A program made the position numbers and the translations under genes. Shown here in pieces: positions 1-9,104 of a stretch of 64,000 nt of DNA. Position 1 is the first letter of the stretch. Each line of letters begins with the position of its first letter. The notes beneath the pieces were generated by a model. The model was not told the DNA's origin. It saw nothing but the letters and a program-made list of their open reading frames with translations, and ran no database searches. The stretch comes from an uncultured bacterium. GTDB taxonomy: Bacteria > Patescibacteriota > Minisyncoccia > Phycocordibacterales > PALSA-1337. The DNA is taken from positions 107,559 through 171,558 of the forward strand of contig CAIMDG010000001.1 in the NCBI GenBank assembly GCA_903839725.1, in the 5' to 3' direction.

Positions 1-366
1 TTTGGTAACCCGAAGATTCTCAATGATTTGGATTATGAACAAGATAACGTCATCCCTCTACGTAGATATTTCAAAACTCTTAGCCTCGAAGAAGGGAAGC
101 GTACTATCGATGAGTTCGTAGTGTTCAATCAAATGTTAGTTAAGAATAGTCTCATTGATAAAAGTTTTCTTATTGGCAAAAATTATGGTGTTAATGCTCA
201 AGGAAAAGTAATCCTTATTGATATTGGAGAGCTTTACTCGGCGCCAGAGAGTATCAAAAAGCAACTCGCTTTAAAACCTTGGGATATTGGATATGTTACT
301 TCAACAATTCCCAAAAGATTTCGTAGATATTTTGTTCAGGAAATGAATACACATCTCTGTATATAA
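1..366 (+). CDS. Partial CDS (5' end outside window); C-terminal kinase-like fragment
   Basis: Open frame runs to position 1 with no stop; KVILIDIGE resembles the DFG-like region of small-molecule/protein kinase fold; no firm family call. Confidence 0.35.
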   Translation, partial: FGNPKILNDLDYEQDNVIPLRRYFKTLSLEEGKRTIDEFVVFNQMLVKNSLIDKSFLIGKNYGVNAQGKVILIDIGELYSAPESIKKQLALKPWDIGYVTSTIPKRFRRYFVQEMNTHLCI

Positions 367-369
367 ATA

Positions 370-397
370 TTGACAAACTCACAATAAATTGTATTAT
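370..397 (+). promoter_or_regulatory. Sigma70-like promoter (TTGACA-N16-TATTAT) upstream of HD-domain gene
   Basis: TTGACA at 370-375, TATTAT at 392-397, AGAGGAG RBS at 429-435 before ATG 439. Confidence 0.5.
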
Positions 398-438
398 ACT
401 GAAAGCGGTTAAACAATGAAACAGACAAAGAGGAGATT

Positions 439-1131
439 ATGAGCTCATTTATAGAATATTTAGATCCATCCGTGCAGTTAGGCCCCTTGTTTATGGAGGC
501 GTGCAAAGAGTTGAAGATTGATGATAAACAATCGAGTGTACTACTTGCATTCATGCGAATCGTTGATCTCAAGGACCCTGCGACATCGCGACACGGTATT
601 CGTGTAGCACTGTTGTGTCGTGCGATTGCCCGCTTCATGCATCTCGATCAGAAGGCAGCGTTCTATTCCGGTGCGCTCCATGATGTCGGCAAAGCGCAGA
701 CTGATCCAAAGACGCTTACGAAAACATCTGGTTGGACACAAGCCGACACGGAGGAAATCAGGTCTCATGTGATGGACGGGTATCGTCTCATTCGTGGGCA
801 GTTTGATTTCAGTGCAGAGGTCATCCTCTGGCACCATCGCTTTCAGCCCAACAGCTATCCGGCGGAACTTCCTGGACCACTTCATGAATACAGTCAGGGC
901 ACGAAGGTCATGATCCCACTTTTTGGTCGGATCTTGGCACTGGCGGACCAGTTCGATGCCACGCATCGCATCAATGACAAATTCACCGCCGGCCCGAGTG
1001 CTGTGGGTGAGTGGGTCAAAGAACAGATGTTCAAGCACAACCCAGATCAGCGTGTGCTTATTCAGGAATTGTATGACGCTGACATATTCACCACACGGGT
1101 ATTCGTTCCTGAACCCGAGGTTGCCGCATAA
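439..1131 (+). CDS. HD-domain phosphohydrolase, HD-GYP-like (GYR variant)
   Basis: LHDVGK motif, later HHRF and DGYR motifs typical of HD-GYP/HD superfamily; noticeably high GC relative to neighbours. Confidence 0.7.
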   Translation: MSSFIEYLDPSVQLGPLFMEACKELKIDDKQSSVLLAFMRIVDLKDPATSRHGIRVALLCRAIARFMHLDQKAAFYSGALHDVGKAQTDPKTLTKTSGWTQADTEEIRSHVMDGYRLIRGQFDFSAEVILWHHRFQPNSYPAELPGPLHEYSQGTKVMIPLFGRILALADQFDATHRINDKFTAGPSAVGEWVKEQMFKHNPDQRVLIQELYDADIFTTRVFVPEPEVAA

Positions 1132-1212
1132 TCTCGCAATCTATTTATCGAAGAATATACCAAGGCCCCACAACACTGTGGGGCCTCTTATTTTATGCTA
1201 TTATATATGCAT

Positions 1213-2694
1213 ATGAAAAAACGTTCTTTACTCACATTTTTTAAAAATAAATATACGATTATTGGTATTGTTTTGATCCTTATTATTCTTGGTTATTGGT
1301 ATACCCATAGATCAAGTACAGTGGGCTTCGAGTCTGCAGATGTTGCTATCGGCAATGTTGTAGAAAAAGTTAGTATCACTGGTTCAATTTCTCCACTTTC
1401 CAAAACAGATCTCGCTTTCAAAAAGAGCGGCGTTGTTTCTGTTATTCCTGTGAAAGTTGGTGATCATGTGAAGAGGGGTGATCTGATCGCTTCTCTTGAT
1501 AGTGCTGGCGACAGAGCTGCTCTCGCAAGTGCACAAGCAACTCTTTCTGACATGTCACGTAGTTTGACTCCAGAAGAACTCAATGTGCAAAAGACAGCAC
1601 TCGATACTGCCCAGCAAAATGCTCTGAACGCTGTACATGATGGATATGCAAAATCTCAATCTGCATTGGTCAACTATACTGATACACTTTTTTCAAATCC
1701 TCAAAGCGTCAATCCGACTATTATCATACCGATTGATTCTACAACTCTACAGAGTACTATCAATTCTGAACGTGCCTTGGTTTCAAGTAAGTTGAATCTA
1801 TGGTCTTCTGGATTGACAACAGTACGAACAGATACAATTATGCCATTCATTTCCGAGGTGAATGCTCATCTTGCTGTTATAAAATCATTTATGAGTGATT
1901 TGTCGAGTATTGTCGGACGACTCAATCCTGGAAATTCAGGATTATCACAGTCAAGAATAGATGCATATATGATTTCTATGAATACAGGATTATCGGCAGT
2001 GAATAATGCTATCGATATTGTAACTTCTGCCAAGACAGCACTTCTCGCGGCTCAGTCAAATTATGATCTCAAGATTGCAGGAAACTCATCACAGTCTATA
2101 GCGTCACAAAGAGCAAAAGTTGATCAAGCACAAGCAAATGTGAATGATGATAGTATTTTTGCTTCTATCGACGGGATTGTAACCAAAGCAGATCCGAATG
2201 TCGGTGAATTTGTTGCTGCAGGCCAATCTGGTTTTGCTATTCAAAGCGATGGAGGATTCAAGATTGAGGCGCATGTTCCAGAAGCAGATATAGCTAAAGT
2301 TGCACTCAAGAATAAAGCCGATGTAACTCTCGATGCCTACGGTCAATATACGATTTTCCCTGCGACAATAACAGAGATTGATCCAGCTGAAACAATTCTC
2401 GAAGGAGTTCCTACATACAAAGTTACTTTGCAATTTGATATGCCCGATACTCGTATTCGTTCTGGTATGACTGCGAATACTGACATTTTGACACATGAAG
2501 TTAATGGAGTTCTCGTGGTACCTACTCGAGCAGTTGTTGATGATAATGGCAAGAAGTCAGTTAGAATCGTTGTGTCTGGTGGAAAAACATTTACTTCAGT
2601 TCCTGTTGTTGCTGGACTCAAGGGTTCAGATGGTACAAGTCAGATTATCTCGGGTGTGAAGGAAGGGGACAAGGTTGTCACCTATGTAAAGTAA
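1213..2694 (+). CDS. HlyD-family membrane fusion/periplasmic adaptor protein of ABC efflux system
   Basis: N-terminal TM helix, biotin-lipoyl-like hairpin (VKVGDHVKRGDLIASLD), long coiled-coil, C-terminal beta-barrel; start chosen at MKKRS (ORF opens at 1195). Confidence 0.7.
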   Translation: MKKRSLLTFFKNKYTIIGIVLILIILGYWYTHRSSTVGFESADVAIGNVVEKVSITGSISPLSKTDLAFKKSGVVSVIPVKVGDHVKRGDLIASLDSAGDRAALASAQATLSDMSRSLTPEELNVQKTALDTAQQNALNAVHDGYAKSQSALVNYTDTLFSNPQSVNPTIIIPIDSTTLQSTINSERALVSSKLNLWSSGLTTVRTDTIMPFISEVNAHLAVIKSFMSDLSSIVGRLNPGNSGLSQSRIDAYMISMNTGLSAVNNAIDIVTSAKTALLAAQSNYDLKIAGNSSQSIASQRAKVDQAQANVNDDSIFASIDGIVTKADPNVGEFVAAGQSGFAIQSDGGFKIEAHVPEADIAKVALKNKADVTLDAYGQYTIFPATITEIDPAETILEGVPTYKVTLQFDMPDTRIRSGMTANTDILTHEVNGVLVVPTRAVVDDNGKKSVRIVVSGGKTFTSVPVVAGLKGSDGTSQIISGVKEGDKVVTYVK

Positions 2695-2702
2695 TTTTGT
2701 CA

Positions 2703-2780
2703 TACCGGCGAAGGTCGGTATCCAGAGTTGTAGAACCCAAGAAGTTGTAAAAATGTTTTGGATACCGGCCTTCGCCGGTA
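2703..2780. repeat. 21-bp inverted repeat (1 mismatch) with 36-nt spacer between adaptor and ABC ATPase genes
   Basis: taccggcgaaggtcggtatcc (2703-2723) vs ggataccggccttcgccggta (2760-2780). Confidence 0.8.
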
Positions 2781-2799
2781 AGACACAAAATATAAGTAT

Positions 2800-3519
2800 A
2801 TGAATATCATTGAAGTAAAAAATTTAAAGAAAGCCTATCACGATGGTGTTACAGAAACGGTCGCACTTTCTGGTGTATCATTTTCTGTACGCAAAGGAGA
2901 GTTCGTTGCTATTATGGGACCATCTGGTTCAGGTAAATCAACATTACTTCATCTTCTTGGCTTATTGGACATACCAACGAGTGGCCACTATTCATTCAAC
3001 GGGAAAACAGTAACTTCATATTCGAGTGATGATCTTGCTCGGTTGCGTAATAAGGAAATAGGATTTGTCTTTCAATCATTCAATCTTCTTGCACGTACGA
3101 CTGTTCTCGAGAACGTTAAGCTTCCTCTTGTGTATTCGGAAGTGCCTGAGCATGAATGGAATGAACGTGCCACGAAAGCTATTGAAGCAGTAGGTCTCGG
3201 ACATCGCATTGGACATTATCAAGCGGAACTTTCAGGCGGTGAACGTCAACGTGTTGCTATTGCACGTGCGTTGGTGACTGATCCAGAAGTTATCTTTGCA
3301 GATGAACCAACGGGAAACCTTGACTCAAAATCAGGCAAGAATGTCATGTCAATTATTCAGAAATTGAATCAGATAGATGGTAAGACGGTTGTATTGATTA
3401 CTCACGAGACTTCAACGGCCGAACATGCTGAGCGTATTATCCGTCTTATGGATGGGGAAATAGAGAGTGATACCAAAGTAAAGAATAGACTTTCGGTTGA
3501 TGATGAATACGTAAAATAA
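2800..3519 (+). CDS. ABC transporter ATP-binding protein (MacB/LolD-like)
   Basis: Walker A GPSGSGKST, signature LSGGERQRVAIARAL, Walker B IFADEPTGNLD. Confidence 0.9.
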   Translation: MNIIEVKNLKKAYHDGVTETVALSGVSFSVRKGEFVAIMGPSGSGKSTLLHLLGLLDIPTSGHYSFNGKTVTSYSSDDLARLRNKEIGFVFQSFNLLARTTVLENVKLPLVYSEVPEHEWNERATKAIEAVGLGHRIGHYQAELSGGERQRVAIARALVTDPEVIFADEPTGNLDSKSGKNVMSIIQKLNQIDGKTVVLITHETSTAEHAERIIRLMDGEIESDTKVKNRLSVDDEYVK

Positions 3520-3545
3520 TCACTACGAATCTACATACTATTACC

Positions 3546-4784
3546 ATGAATATCAGACATACATTCAAAACATCATTCACAGGACTTACCACGAATCGTT
3601 CGAGATCGGCTTTAACGATTCTCGGTATCGTGATCGGTATAACCGCTATCATGCTTGTTATTTCTCTTGGAGGAGGAGCACAGGCTCTCATCTTGGGACA
3701 AGTGCAAGGACTCGGTACAAATACTATCGCCATCATTCCGGGACGTGAACCAACAGGGCCTTCAGATGTGAGTGCGTTGTACAGCGATTCGCTCAAACAG
3801 AAAGATATTATTGCGTTACAAAATAAAGCCAATGTTCCTGGATTAAAATCTATCATGCCAACGGTGTTCAGCGGTGGAACTTCTGCATACGACGTCAATG
3901 CATATCAAGTTTCAATATTTGGAGCAACTGAACATCTCGCTGATATCTTTGACCTTCATCCGGACCGTGGAGAATTTTTTACTATGGATGACGTGTTGTC
4001 ACGTAATGACGTGACAGTTATTGGTTCGAAAGTAGTTGAGCACTTGTTTGGAAATGACAATCCTATTGGTCAGAAAATCAAGATTAAAGGTAGAAATTTC
4101 AAAGTTGTTGGAACATTACCTTCGACAGGTGGTGGATCATTGTTCAATTTCGATAATATGACACTGATGCCATATACGACTGCGCAGGATTATTTACTTG
4201 GTATCAAATATTTTAGTCGTATTATTATCCAGACTCAGACTGATGAACAAGTTCCTTCAGCAAGTGCTGATATAGCTCAGACACTTCGTGATTCTCACAA
4301 TATTACTGATCCTGCAAAGGATGACTTTACTGTTCAGACCCAACAAGATCTCGCCAATCGTCTCGGTACTATTACGAGTGCACTCACGTGGTTCTTGGTG
4401 GCAGTTGCTTCGATTGCATTGTTCGTAGGTGGAGTTGGTATCATGAATATTATGCTTGTTTCAGTTACTGAACGTACTCGCGAAATTGGTTTACGCAAAG
4501 CACTCGGTGCAACTGATCGCGACATCCTCTCACAATTCCTTCTAGAAGCAGTCTTGCTTACGGCAATTGGCGGTCTTGTTGGGATCATACTTGGCGCATC
4601 GCTTGCATTTATTATTGCTATTGGGTTATCGAAAGGGCTTGGAGTCAATTGGCAGTTCATATTCCCATGGTCTGGTGCCATTCTCGGACTCGGTGTCTCT
4701 GCACTTATCGGTCTTGTCTTCGGAGGATATCCTGCGAAACAGGCTGCAAAGAAGAGTCCAATTGAGGCATTGAGGTATGAATAA
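3546..4784 (+). CDS. ABC transporter permease, FtsX/MacB family
   Basis: N-terminal TM, large periplasmic domain, C-terminal 3-TM FtsX domain (TERTREIGLRKALGA); adjacent to ABC ATPase. Confidence 0.85.
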   Translation: MNIRHTFKTSFTGLTTNRSRSALTILGIVIGITAIMLVISLGGGAQALILGQVQGLGTNTIAIIPGREPTGPSDVSALYSDSLKQKDIIALQNKANVPGLKSIMPTVFSGGTSAYDVNAYQVSIFGATEHLADIFDLHPDRGEFFTMDDVLSRNDVTVIGSKVVEHLFGNDNPIGQKIKIKGRNFKVVGTLPSTGGGSLFNFDNMTLMPYTTAQDYLLGIKYFSRIIIQTQTDEQVPSASADIAQTLRDSHNITDPAKDDFTVQTQQDLANRLGTITSALTWFLVAVASIALFVGGVGIMNIMLVSVTERTREIGLRKALGATDRDILSQFLLEAVLLTAIGGLVGIILGASLAFIIAIGLSKGLGVNWQFIFPWSGAILGLGVSALIGLVFGGYPAKQAAKKSPIEALRYE

Positions 4785-5922
4785 TATTTTCAACAATATG
4801 AAACAAACAAAGCAGGGAATAACCAAATTGAGCGTTGTCATGATTGTTGTTACAGTGATAATAATTGGCAGTTTGTTATATGTGGCATTTTTTTCTACTC
4901 AAAATTCATTTATAAGAAATAGTGCGCAACTGATCCCTACCAATGAACAAGTTCTCGCACAACGACCCCAGATCGCAGATGCAGATAATTCGTATTATGA
5001 TTTGATAGCTCTCAAAGGATTGATTCCCGCATCTCTACCACAAGTTGTATTGAATTATGCAGCTGGTTCTACTACGTCAGCACAAAACATAAAAGATCTC
5101 AAAAAAATAGTTACACAATATAAGGATGCATTTGCTATTTTCGATGCATCCACCGAAAAACCATATTATTTCTGTGATGACAAAGTAAAAAAGGAAGTAT
5201 GTAATTATTCAGATATACGAAATATAGCTTTATTGAATTCAGTACGATCCGGAATGCTCTTTGAAAATGGTAAGTATGCTGATGCTATGAATATATCCAT
5301 GAATACGTTGAAATTTGCACAAAAACTTCAACAGCCGTCAGATAGTCTCATGGAATATCTCATTTCGCTTGCCGTGAAGAGAATTGCTCTTCAGAGAATT
5401 TCTATAATTTTGAAATCAGGGAAGATATCTCAAGAAGCATTTGTTGCATATCAAAATCTGGTTTCTCAATATGCAGACAATAAAGGTGGTCAAAAAAATG
5501 TCTTAAAAATCGAACAGCTCGGTGGTTTCACTCTCTACATTAACGCAATAACAACAAATGAGTATAAGACATTCTTTTCATATACAGGTGTAGATGAGAA
5601 TGATGCTGATATGAAAAGTGTTGTTAATCGTATGCAGGAAGTAAAAACCAAGAATGCTGAAACATGGGATCCATATACCACATACAATTTGTTGCATGAA
5701 GTGTATTCAAATGAAGTAGCTAATATTGATTTACCTTGTGGCAGTGCGTATCCATCTGTATGGCGTCCAGATGAAACACTCGATTATTCGAAACCTACAA
5801 AAAATATTATAGGGCAATTGATATATGCGAATGCTCTTACTGAACTCAATGATTTGAATGTTCAGCGTTGTTCAATCGATAACCTCACAAATGCAGTTGT
5901 ATCTATGTCTTTTGTGAAATAA
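4777..5922 (+). CDS. Hypothetical membrane-anchored protein, translationally coupled 4th gene of efflux operon
   Basis: ATG overlaps permease stop by 8 nt; single N-terminal TM then 350-aa soluble domain with no recognisable motifs. Confidence 0.5.
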   Translation: MNNIFNNMKQTKQGITKLSVVMIVVTVIIIGSLLYVAFFSTQNSFIRNSAQLIPTNEQVLAQRPQIADADNSYYDLIALKGLIPASLPQVVLNYAAGSTTSAQNIKDLKKIVTQYKDAFAIFDASTEKPYYFCDDKVKKEVCNYSDIRNIALLNSVRSGMLFENGKYADAMNISMNTLKFAQKLQQPSDSLMEYLISLAVKRIALQRISIILKSGKISQEAFVAYQNLVSQYADNKGGQKNVLKIEQLGGFTLYINAITTNEYKTFFSYTGVDENDADMKSVVNRMQEVKTKNAETWDPYTTYNLLHEVYSNEVANIDLPCGSAYPSVWRPDETLDYSKPTKNIIGQLIYANALTELNDLNVQRCSIDNLTNAVVSMSFVK

Positions 5923-6052
5923 CTCGTATATAAGGCTAATCGTAAGCATATAATTGAATATGACTATCTATTTGTCTAATACTATGCTATTATAGTCGTT
6001 CTAGTGGAAATAGTAATTAAGTCGAATTTCTTCACAATAAACAAACAATCCC

Positions 6053-6250
6053 ATGACAGGAATAATCAAAACTCTCACAGATAAAGGATTTGGATTCATT
6101 GCTCGCGAAGGCGAAGTAAAGGACCTCTTCTTTCATTCAAATGACCTCCAAGGTGTATCTTTCGACGCTCTCCGCGTTGGTGATACTCTTTCTTTCGAAG
6201 TCGTTGATGGCCAGAAAGGCCCAAGTGCAAAGAATGTAACACGTGTATAA
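6053..6250 (+). CDS. cspA: Cold-shock protein (CspA family)
   Basis: 65 aa, KGFGFI RNP1 motif, FFHSN...GQKGPSAKNV. Confidence 0.9.
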   Translation: MTGIIKTLTDKGFGFIAREGEVKDLFFHSNDLQGVSFDALRVGDTLSFEVVDGQKGPSAKNVTRV

Positions 6251-6271
6251 TTCACGATACATCTCACAAAA

Positions 6272-6300
6272 AACACCCCGAGCAATCGGGGTGTTTTTTG
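6272..6300 (+). terminator. Rho-independent terminator after csp
   Basis: acaccccgagcaatcggggtg hairpin followed by TTTTTT. Confidence 0.85.
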
Positions 6301-6504
6301 TTGCATACGCAGTAGTGTTCGTATAAATAAAAAACTCACAGAAGACTGTGAGGGGTGTGTCAGGAAGGGAGTCGGTCGGGAGGTTATGAAAGGAGGTGGG
6401 GAACCTCGCTGAAGATTGCACAGCTCCCAACCTGACACAAAAATACTCTAACATATATCTCAATTATTATCAACCCCTCGATGTTTTTCAATCTTAATTC
6501 GCGG

Positions 6505-6628
6505 AGAGACACAGGGGGTGTATGTACTCATTTTCTGCGCAAGTTTAGAGACACATACATTACACCGCGTACCCCAATGTTTACAAACTTGCGCAGAAAA
6601 TGAGTACATACACCCCCTGTGTTCTGTG
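6505..6628. repeat. Palindromic intergenic repeat, family copy A (inverted orientation relative to B/C)
   Basis: Long near-perfect hairpin; core ctcattttctgcgcaagttt...aaacttgcgcagaaaatgag shared with copies at 26407 and 29272. Confidence 0.85.
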
Positions 6629-6674
6629 CTTATAAAAGATGAAAAACATCTTATTTTCTGCTAAAGTGTGACGT

Positions 6675-8978
6675 ATGAACGAGCCATCAAAGATTCCTGC
6701 AAAATTCCTCAAACCATACGACCCAGCTTCAACTGAGGATCGTATCTATTCTTTGTGGGAAAAGAGTGGTTTTTTTAATCCAGATCATTTGCCTGAACGT
6801 AATAAACAAGGCGAACCTTTCTCTATTGTATTGCCACCACCAAATGTGACAGGAACTCTACATATGGGTCACGCTGCAATGTTGGCCATCGAAGATATTA
6901 TGATTCGTTACAAGCGCATGAAGGGATACCGCACACTCTGGGTTCCTGGTACGGATCACGCCGCCATTGCAACTCAATCAAAAGTTGAAAAACAAATTGA
7001 AAAAGCAGAAGGTAAACGTCGTCATGATCTCGGTCGTGAAGAGTTGTTGAAGCGCGTCAATGCTTTTGCTCAGGAAAGTCATGACACTATCGTCAATCAA
7101 GTTCGCAAGATGGGTGCATCGATTGATTGGTCACGTGAAGCATTCACTCTCGATCAACATCGCAATCTTGCAGTGCGTACTGCATTCAAGACTATGTATG
7201 ATCTCGGTCTCATTTATCGTGGTTCAAAAGTTGTCAATTGGGATCCAAAAGGTCAGACCACTATTTCTGATGATGAAATAGTGTATGAGACTAGAAAAGC
7301 AAAACTCTATACATTCAAGTATTCAAAAGATATTCCAATTTCCATTTCAACAACACGTCCCGAGACCAAGCTCGGTGATGCTGCTATTGCAGTTCATCCT
7401 GACGGTCCTCGCTATCAGTCATATATTGGAAAAGAGTTTGATGCAGTATTCGCCGGCGAAGCCATTCACGTCAAAGTTATCGCTGATACTGCGGTTGAAA
7501 AAGAATTCGGAACTGGTGCGCTTGGCGTAACACCTGCACATAGTAGTATCGACTGGGATATGGCACAACGTCATAATCTTCCAATGAAACAAGTTATCGA
7601 TGAATTTGCTCGTATGACTGTTGGTAATGAAGCAATCAAAGGCAAGAAAGTTACCGAAGCTCGCGCGGCAGTCGTTGAATGGCTTAAGGCTGAAGGTCTT
7701 CTCGAAAAAGAAGAAGATATTGACCAGAATGTCGCTACCGCTGAACGTACAGGTGGTATTATCGAGCCATTACCTAAGTTGCAATGGTTCGTTGGTGTGA
7801 ACACGCCGTTCGTATTGGCCCATTCTACTATTCCTGGAATTGCGTCAGGATCAAAAACAACATTGAAGGAAATCATGCTCCAGTCAGTCAAGAGTCGTGC
7901 CATCACTATCATTCCTGATCGTTTTGAACGCGTGTATTTCAATTGGATTGAGAATTTGCGTGACTGGTGTATTTCACGACAGATTTGGTACGGACATCGT
8001 ATACCAGTGTGGTACAAAGAAATCTCAAATCTCAAATCTGAAATCTCAAAATCGGGAACAGCGACAGCGGGAGAGAGTGAGGTGTATGTTGGTATAGAGG
8101 CTCCAATTGGTGAAGGATGGTCTCAAGATGAAGATACACTCGACACATGGTTCTCATCTGGCTTGTGGACATTCTCGACATTGGGCTGGCCCCGCTCTGC
8201 CGAGGCTTCACAGGGCAAGCCTGATGATTTCAGTCTCTTCCATCCAACGAGTGTACTCGAAACAGGATACGATATTATTTTCTTCTGGGTTGCGCGCATG
8301 ATTCTTATGACAGGATGTTTGATCGGAGAAGTTCCATTCAAGACAGTGTATCTACACGGTCTCGTTCGTGATGGTAAGGGAAGAAAGATGTCCAAGTCAC
8401 TCGACAATATTATCGACCCTCTCGATATGATTGCAAAATACGGAGCTGATGCGACACGCTTGTCACTCATTATTGGTACAGGACCAGGTAATGATATGAA
8501 ATTGTCAGAAGATAAGGTGAAGGGGTATAAGAATTTTTCAAATAAGATTTGGAATATTACTCGTTTTATATTGTCCGCTGCAGCAGGTGAACGTTTTGGT
8601 TCTACAGATGTTCCCGCTATTACGTATGACCCTGCATTCAAAGCGTGGTCTTCTGTTGAACTTGCTCATATCAAAGTCTTGAATGATCTCATCGCTGAAG
8701 TTTCAAAAGAAATGGATGAATTCAAGTTTTATCTTGTAGGAGAAAAGTTGTACCACTATATATGGCATGAATTGGCAGATAAGATTCTTGAAGAGAGTAA
8801 ATCTATATTAAGTGGGGACGATCTCCAGGCTCGTACTTCTCGCATTCAGTTTTTATTGCATAGTCTGAACACTTCGCTTCGACTCATTCATCCATTCATG
8901 CCGTACGTTACTGAGGAAATATGGCAAGAAATGGAGAATACACACCTATTGATCGTTGAAGAGTGGCCACGAGCATAG
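6675..8978 (+). CDS. valS: Valine--tRNA ligase (short form, 767 aa)
   Basis: PPPNVTGTLHMGHA class I HIGH region, KMSKS (GKGRKMSKSLDN), WCISRQ motif; length shorter than typical ValRS. Confidence 0.85.
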   Translation: MNEPSKIPAKFLKPYDPASTEDRIYSLWEKSGFFNPDHLPERNKQGEPFSIVLPPPNVTGTLHMGHAAMLAIEDIMIRYKRMKGYRTLWVPGTDHAAIATQSKVEKQIEKAEGKRRHDLGREELLKRVNAFAQESHDTIVNQVRKMGASIDWSREAFTLDQHRNLAVRTAFKTMYDLGLIYRGSKVVNWDPKGQTTISDDEIVYETRKAKLYTFKYSKDIPISISTTRPETKLGDAAIAVHPDGPRYQSYIGKEFDAVFAGEAIHVKVIADTAVEKEFGTGALGVTPAHSSIDWDMAQRHNLPMKQVIDEFARMTVGNEAIKGKKVTEARAAVVEWLKAEGLLEKEEDIDQNVATAERTGGIIEPLPKLQWFVGVNTPFVLAHSTIPGIASGSKTTLKEIMLQSVKSRAITIIPDRFERVYFNWIENLRDWCISRQIWYGHRIPVWYKEISNLKSEISKSGTATAGESEVYVGIEAPIGEGWSQDEDTLDTWFSSGLWTFSTLGWPRSAEASQGKPDDFSLFHPTSVLETGYDIIFFWVARMILMTGCLIGEVPFKTVYLHGLVRDGKGRKMSKSLDNIIDPLDMIAKYGADATRLSLIIGTGPGNDMKLSEDKVKGYKNFSNKIWNITRFILSAAAGERFGSTDVPAITYDPAFKAWSSVELAHIKVLNDLIAEVSKEMDEFKFYLVGEKLYHYIWHELADKILEESKSILSGDDLQARTSRIQFLLHSLNTSLRLIHPFMPYVTEEIWQEMENTHLLIVEEWPRA

Positions 8979-9104
8979 TCATATAGATGTATCCCTATTG
9001 CTCAATAGGGTGTGACCTTAGTTGTCCACACGAGTATTGTCAACAGGTTGGCTTGTTTTAGGATATAATTGAGGAATAGTTTTAATAACTCGTTTATATT
9101 TCTT

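Noticed and set aside
541-1038. 165-aa minus-strand ORF inside HD-domain gene
   Set aside because: Fully antisense to a gene with clear motifs; high GC produces long spurious ORFs
6133-6463. 101/108-aa minus-strand ORFs overlapping csp and its terminator
   Set aside because: Overlap the terminator and antisense csp; no coding features
8014-8082. Possible CRISPR-like short repeats
   Set aside because: 7-nt unit, inside valS coding frame, no spacers; simple tandem repeat
7571-8641. Minus-strand ORFs (154 and 172 aa) inside valS
   Set aside because: Antisense to strongly supported valS; no motifs
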